A DNA stretch of 39,109 nt, from the IMG/VR virus record IMGVR_UViG_3300032233_001310, positions 1 to 39,109 of that record; one strand, 5' to 3'. The DNA is from a virus (Duplodnaviria; Caudoviricetes). Positions 35,987 through 39,109 of this stretch are shown piece after piece. The notes under the pieces are model-generated. The model worked only from the letters and a program-made list of their open reading frames with translations. It searched no databases and was not told where the DNA came from. Every line of letters begins with the position of its first letter. Positions within the stretch are counted from its first letter, which is position 1. Made by a program: the position numbers and the translations under genes.

Positions 35987-36352
35987 TCAGCCGTTGATCT
36001 CACGGATGACATCGTCTACGGCGCAGTAGAGCAGTGACGCTGCGCTGGTCGCCATCTCGCGCTTGGCTGTCCGGCGGCCGGTGTCGAAGAGGTCTCTCTC
36101 CAGCAGCGCCGCGCGGTCCCGCGCCCGGACCAGCTCATCCTTCGAAAGGTCAAAGCCGATTGACCTGATGTTTGCCTTCAGCTGTGCGGCGTCTGCTCCG
36201 CCCAGCCGTTCGATGTCGCGCGCGGCCCAGTAGTAGCGCTTCCACATCATGGCGATGTTGCTGTGTGTGATGCTGCGTGTGATGCTGGCGATGTCGGTGG
36301 TGGTGTTCACTGTGTGTCTCCTGTGGTCTGTGTCAGCCTGTATGACTGACAT
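35987..36352 (-). CDS. Hypothetical protein
   Basis: Follows promoter copy 6; start at ATG 36352 or GTG 36310. Confidence 0.75.
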   Translation of the reverse strand: MSVIQADTDHRRHTVNTTTDIASITRSITHSNIAMMWKRYYWAARDIERLGGADAAQLKANIRSIGFDLSKDELVRARDRAALLERDLFDTGRRTAKREMATSAASLLYCAVDDVIREING

Positions 36353-36415
36353 GAGGAACGGTAGCACACTCCGCGTGCGTTCGCACTCATCCTGTGATGT
36401 GGCGCGCTGCCGCTA
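36350..36415 (-). promoter_or_regulatory. Cassette-head promoter copy 6
   Basis: TAG of upstream gene; palindrome 36373-36388; TGTG-C-TACCGT (36358-36363); ATG 5 nt later. Confidence 0.8.
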
Positions 36416-37102
36416 CTGCTCTGCGCCACCGATCAGCTGCTGCGCGCTCAGGCGTGACAGCTGCCTGCGCTGCCCTGCCGTGCGTCCAGCGTGGAGCGCC
36501 GCGCGTATCAGCGTCTGGCGGTGGCGGACATCTGACCATGCGCGCGCGTGCGCCTCCCACTCACGGACCAGATCGCGCCTGATCCATCGCCCAGCGTCTG
36601 GGTCATCGATCGGCAGGTGCCAGATGTCGCGCAGTCCGCGCATGCGTGCCCACGCTCCCAGTGCCGGATGGTGCTGGTCCAGTCCATCGGCGGCAGACAC
36701 TGGGTCATAGCCTGTCGCTGATCCGGCGCGCATCACCAGACTGATCGCGGCGGTGCCTGTCGGCAGTGGCGCGTCGGCGCGGTCCAGCTCAGGCACGGCC
36801 GCGTCAGGTGCGAGTCGCGCACGGATCTCTGACGCTGATGGGCGGAAGCGCACGCCGTCGCGCGCGAGCTGGCGGACGGTCGCTGCGACTGCCTCTGGCT
36901 GGAGGTCATCCAGTAGCGCGATCGTGGCCAGCTGCTGGTCGCGCGTCCATGCTCCCGGCCAGCCGCCGCGCAGCAGTGCCGTGACGATGCGCCACGGTCC
37001 TGTGATGTCGATGTCCATGCCAGCGTCCGCCAGTGCCGTGTCCAGCGTGGCGTCGTCTGCTGCGCGGCGTGCGCGCCTGTCGTGGTAGTCGGTGTCACTC
37101 AT
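36413..37102 (-). CDS. Possible helicase loader/inhibitor-like replication protein
   Basis: L.DL....V...V.......RFRPSASEIR pattern reminiscent of G39P-like proteins; GGAGG RBS. Confidence 0.5.
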   Translation of the reverse strand: MSDTDYHDRRARRAADDATLDTALADAGMDIDITGPWRIVTALLRGGWPGAWTRDQQLATIALLDDLQPEAVAATVRQLARDGVRFRPSASEIRARLAPDAAVPELDRADAPLPTGTAAISLVMRAGSATGYDPVSAADGLDQHHPALGAWARMRGLRDIWHLPIDDPDAGRWIRRDLVREWEAHARAWSDVRHRQTLIRAALHAGRTAGQRRQLSRLSAQQLIGGAEQ

Positions 37103-37106
37103 GTGG

Positions 37107-37481
37107 TCAGTCCTCCAGTGGGTCATAGTCCAGTGTGATGATCGTGCGTGCTGGTCCGGGCGTGGCATCGAAACGCATGCGGTCCAGTGTGTAGAGGTCC
37201 GGCGTGTCGTCTGGGATGACGCCTGCCAGCTGGAGCGCGTCGCCCAGTGCCTTCTCTAGTGGCGTGCGGTAGTTGCCCGTGTCGCGCCGTCGCCGTGTGG
37301 GGAAACGGAGGACGGCGCTGGCGGTGATGCGCTCCGTGTCTGTGACTGGCGGCGATCCGGCTGCCCGTGCCATGTGGCAGAGGTCGTCACGGAGCCTGCT
37401 GGCGTGTCGGCGTGCGACTGCCCAGTGCGCGTACCGCGTCTCATTGTATGACACGGGCGTGTAGGCCAGCTCCAGTGTCAC
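37107..37481 (-). CDS. rusA: RusA-like Holliday junction resolvase
   Basis: RRRD.GN....KAL.DAL...GVIPDD. Confidence 0.75.
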   Translation of the reverse strand: MTLELAYTPVSYNETRYAHWAVARRHASRLRDDLCHMARAAGSPPVTDTERITASAVLRFPTRRRRDTGNYRTPLEKALGDALQLAGVIPDDTPDLYTLDRMRFDATPGPARTIITLDYDPLED

Positions 37482-37957
37482 CGCTCTGCGCGTTTCACTG
37501 CCACGCGCCGGGCGCGGTCCTGATCCATCCGGCATCCGTCGATCATGCCAGCGGCGTCGGCCGGGATCACGCGGCGGATCTTCTCCACCTCTCGCACTGA
37601 CGCCTTCGGCTCCAGTGGGCAGGCGCGATCGACGGCGGACATGCTGATGTGGCCGTCCGCGCTGATGGCCTCCAGTGCGTGCCTGAGTGCGGGCGCGTCA
37701 TACGCGGTGCGCGTCGGCGCGTCCACGGTGACGGTCCAGTCTCCGGCGGTGAAGGTGCGGACTGCCTCATGGTCCAGTCGCTGCGTCAGCTCATCAGCGA
37801 TGCGACGCCGGGCGCTGGCCAGCTGCTGCTCTATGTCTCTGATCTGATCGAAGGCGTCTGCGAGACTGTCGGTGGGATGGGCGCGCAGATCGATGACCTC
37901 TCCAGTGACTGGAACGGTCAGCTGCTGCGACGGATGGGACTGCGTGCTGTCTGTCAT
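37478..37957 (-). CDS. Hypothetical coiled-coil phage protein
   Basis: AGGAGG RBS; PVTGEVID motif. Confidence 0.7.
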   Translation of the reverse strand: MTDSTQSHPSQQLTVPVTGEVIDLRAHPTDSLADAFDQIRDIEQQLASARRRIADELTQRLDHEAVRTFTAGDWTVTVDAPTRTAYDAPALRHALEAISADGHISMSAVDRACPLEPKASVREVEKIRRVIPADAAGMIDGCRMDQDRARRVAVKRAER

Positions 37958-37989
37958 GTGTGTCGTGTCCTCCTGCGTGGTCGTGTGTG

Positions 37990-38223
37990 TCAGCTGCCGG
38001 TGCGCCTGCGGGAGACGCGGCGCGCGATGGCTGCGAGTCGTGACTGCCTCTGTGCTGCGGGCGTCTGTGCGATGGGCTGGTGGTCGGCGGCGCTGGCCTG
38101 CTGCTGGACTGGTGAGAGTCCCGGCAGTGTGGCTGCGTCTCCGGTGCGTGGCCGTCGCGCGCGCTGCGCGCGGCGTCTGGCCGCGTTCAGCTGCGCCCGG
38201 CTGTTGCCCTTGTCTCTGCGCAT
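37990..38223 (-). CDS. Small basic hypothetical protein
   Basis: ACACAGGAGG RBS upstream. Confidence 0.5.
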   Translation of the reverse strand: MRRDKGNSRAQLNAARRRAQRARRPRTGDAATLPGLSPVQQQASAADHQPIAQTPAAQRQSRLAAIARRVSRRRTGS

Positions 38224-38254
38224 GTGTGTGTCGTGTCCTCCTGTGTCGTGAGTG

Positions 38255-38286
38255 AGCGCCCGGCCGCCGTGTGGTGGCCGGGCGCT
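38255..38286 (-). terminator. Stem-loop after the first early gene
   Basis: AGCGCCCGGCC.CC-N4-GG.GGCCGGGCGCT, 14-bp stem with one mismatch. Confidence 0.6.
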
Positions 38287-38304
38287 GGTGTGTGTGTGTG
38301 TAGA

Positions 38305-39042
38305 TCAGGCGTAGGCGTAGCCCACGGTGCGGTCCACGATCGTGTGCCAGCGTCCGCCGGGCTTCAGCTGTGCCTCCAGCTTCACCGTCTCATCGCTGAG
38401 CCAGCCACCGGCGCCGGACAGGACGCGGTCCATCGTCAGCTGCGACTGGTCACGGCCGCTGCGCTTGTAGGTGACGCTGACGGTGGCGCGCACGCGGATG
38501 TCAGCTGGGTCCATGTCGGCAGCCAACGCTCCGGTCCATGCGTGGGCGGCGTCAATGGCGGCAGTGGCCAGTCGCTCTCCTGCCTCATGCTGAGCGCGCC
38601 AGTCAGTGATCTCCTGCTCAGCGTCGCTGATGGCGCAGAGTGCCCTGTGGCCGTCAGGTGCGCTGACGACTGCCGCGATCTGCTCTGCGATCTGTGCGGC
38701 TGCTGCGACAGCGCCGGGCGCTGCCTGCGTCTGGTAGCCGCCACGGTAGCCAATCCAGCTGATGGCTGCCGGGATGAGCGTGATGTGATCGGACAGCGCA
38801 CCGGCCATCATCGTCTGTCCCCATGCGATGCGTGCCTCCGGTCCCCACGGCACCTTGAAGCCCGGTGCTTCGACATGGTCGCCGTCAGCGTCCACGACGC
38901 CAATCTGGTACTGGCTCATGCGCCACTCCACCATGACTGACTGGTCAGTGCCAGCGATCGGGATGAGCATGCTGCTGGATGCGCCGCCATCGATGTCCTC
39001 CAGCTGCGCGATGGTGATGTTGATGTCTGCTGTGGTGTTCAC
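38305..39042 (-). CDS. Hypothetical early protein (245 aa)
   Basis: CACACAGGAG RBS, GTG-AAC start, driven by promoter copy 1 across the junction. Confidence 0.75.
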   Translation of the reverse strand: MNTTADINITIAQLEDIDGGASSSMLIPIAGTDQSVMVEWRMSQYQIGVVDADGDHVEAPGFKVPWGPEARIAWGQTMMAGALSDHITLIPAAISWIGYRGGYQTQAAPGAVAAAAQIAEQIAAVVSAPDGHRALCAISDAEQEITDWRAQHEAGERLATAAIDAAHAWTGALAADMDPADIRVRATVSVTYKRSGRDQSQLTMDRVLSGAGGWLSDETVKLEAQLKPGGRWHTIVDRTVGYAYA

Positions 39043-39109
39043 TGTGTGTCTCCTGTGTGGTCGGTGTCAGTCGGTATGACTGACATGGACAACGGTAGCA
39101 CACCGACGC
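38987..39109. repeat. Terminal direct repeat copy 2
   Basis: Identical to 1-123. Confidence 0.95.

Noticed and set aside
120-36388. Canonical SOS boxes in the promoters
   Set aside because: Only a CGAAC half-site is present; no CGAAC-N4-GTTCG was seen
98-36415. CRISPR array or integron attC array
   Set aside because: Repeats are kilobases apart, degenerate and promoter-shaped; no cas or integron integrase gene is visible
38288-38301. (TG)n microsatellite as a phase-variation switch
   Set aside because: Intergenic, after a stop codon, and consistent with the general CA-rich leader bias of the early region
428-38940. Many long plus-strand ORFs (e.g. 6552-7190, 20714-21595, 26795-27538, 38224-38940)
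   Set aside because: Antisense shadows of well-supported minus-strand genes in high-GC DNA; no RBS or motifs

Overview
This window looks like a complete, circularly assembled (~38,986 bp unique; bases 1-123 = 38987-39109) high-GC siphovirus-type phage genome. The host is probably a monoderm actinobacterium (mIHF homologue, actinobacterial-type SSB, no LysB). Almost all genes are on the minus strand. In transcription order: early/recombination genes (SSAP-like, RusA-like, SSB, mIHF, small Zn-finger proteins), TerS, TerL, portal, a LexA DNA-binding-domain-only protein, a DNA methyltransferase-fold protein plus a PLP fold-II enzyme, scaffold, major capsid, head-tail/fibre/MuF genes, major tail, a tail chaperone with a -1 frameshift, tape measure, baseplate, two endolysins and holin-like genes. 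I recognised no integrase, polymerase, helicase, primase, tRNA or CRISPR. The most striking unexplained structure is a 7-copy dispersed ~60-110 bp cassette head. In five copies it starts at the upstream gene's TAG stop. It continues with CGCGCCACATC, a GCGTGCG-NN-CGCACGC palindrome over the -35, a TANNNT -10, then either a leaderless ATG or a 5' hairpin at +1, a CA-rich AGGAG RBS, and an invariant GTG-AAC start. Two copies drive morons inside the virion operon. A structured ~125-nt RNA candidate (33711-33836) has a loop complementary to that GTGAAC start. The genome also appears purged of TGCA, ACGT, CCWGG and HCGAG. All calls come from reading the sequence; no database searches were run.
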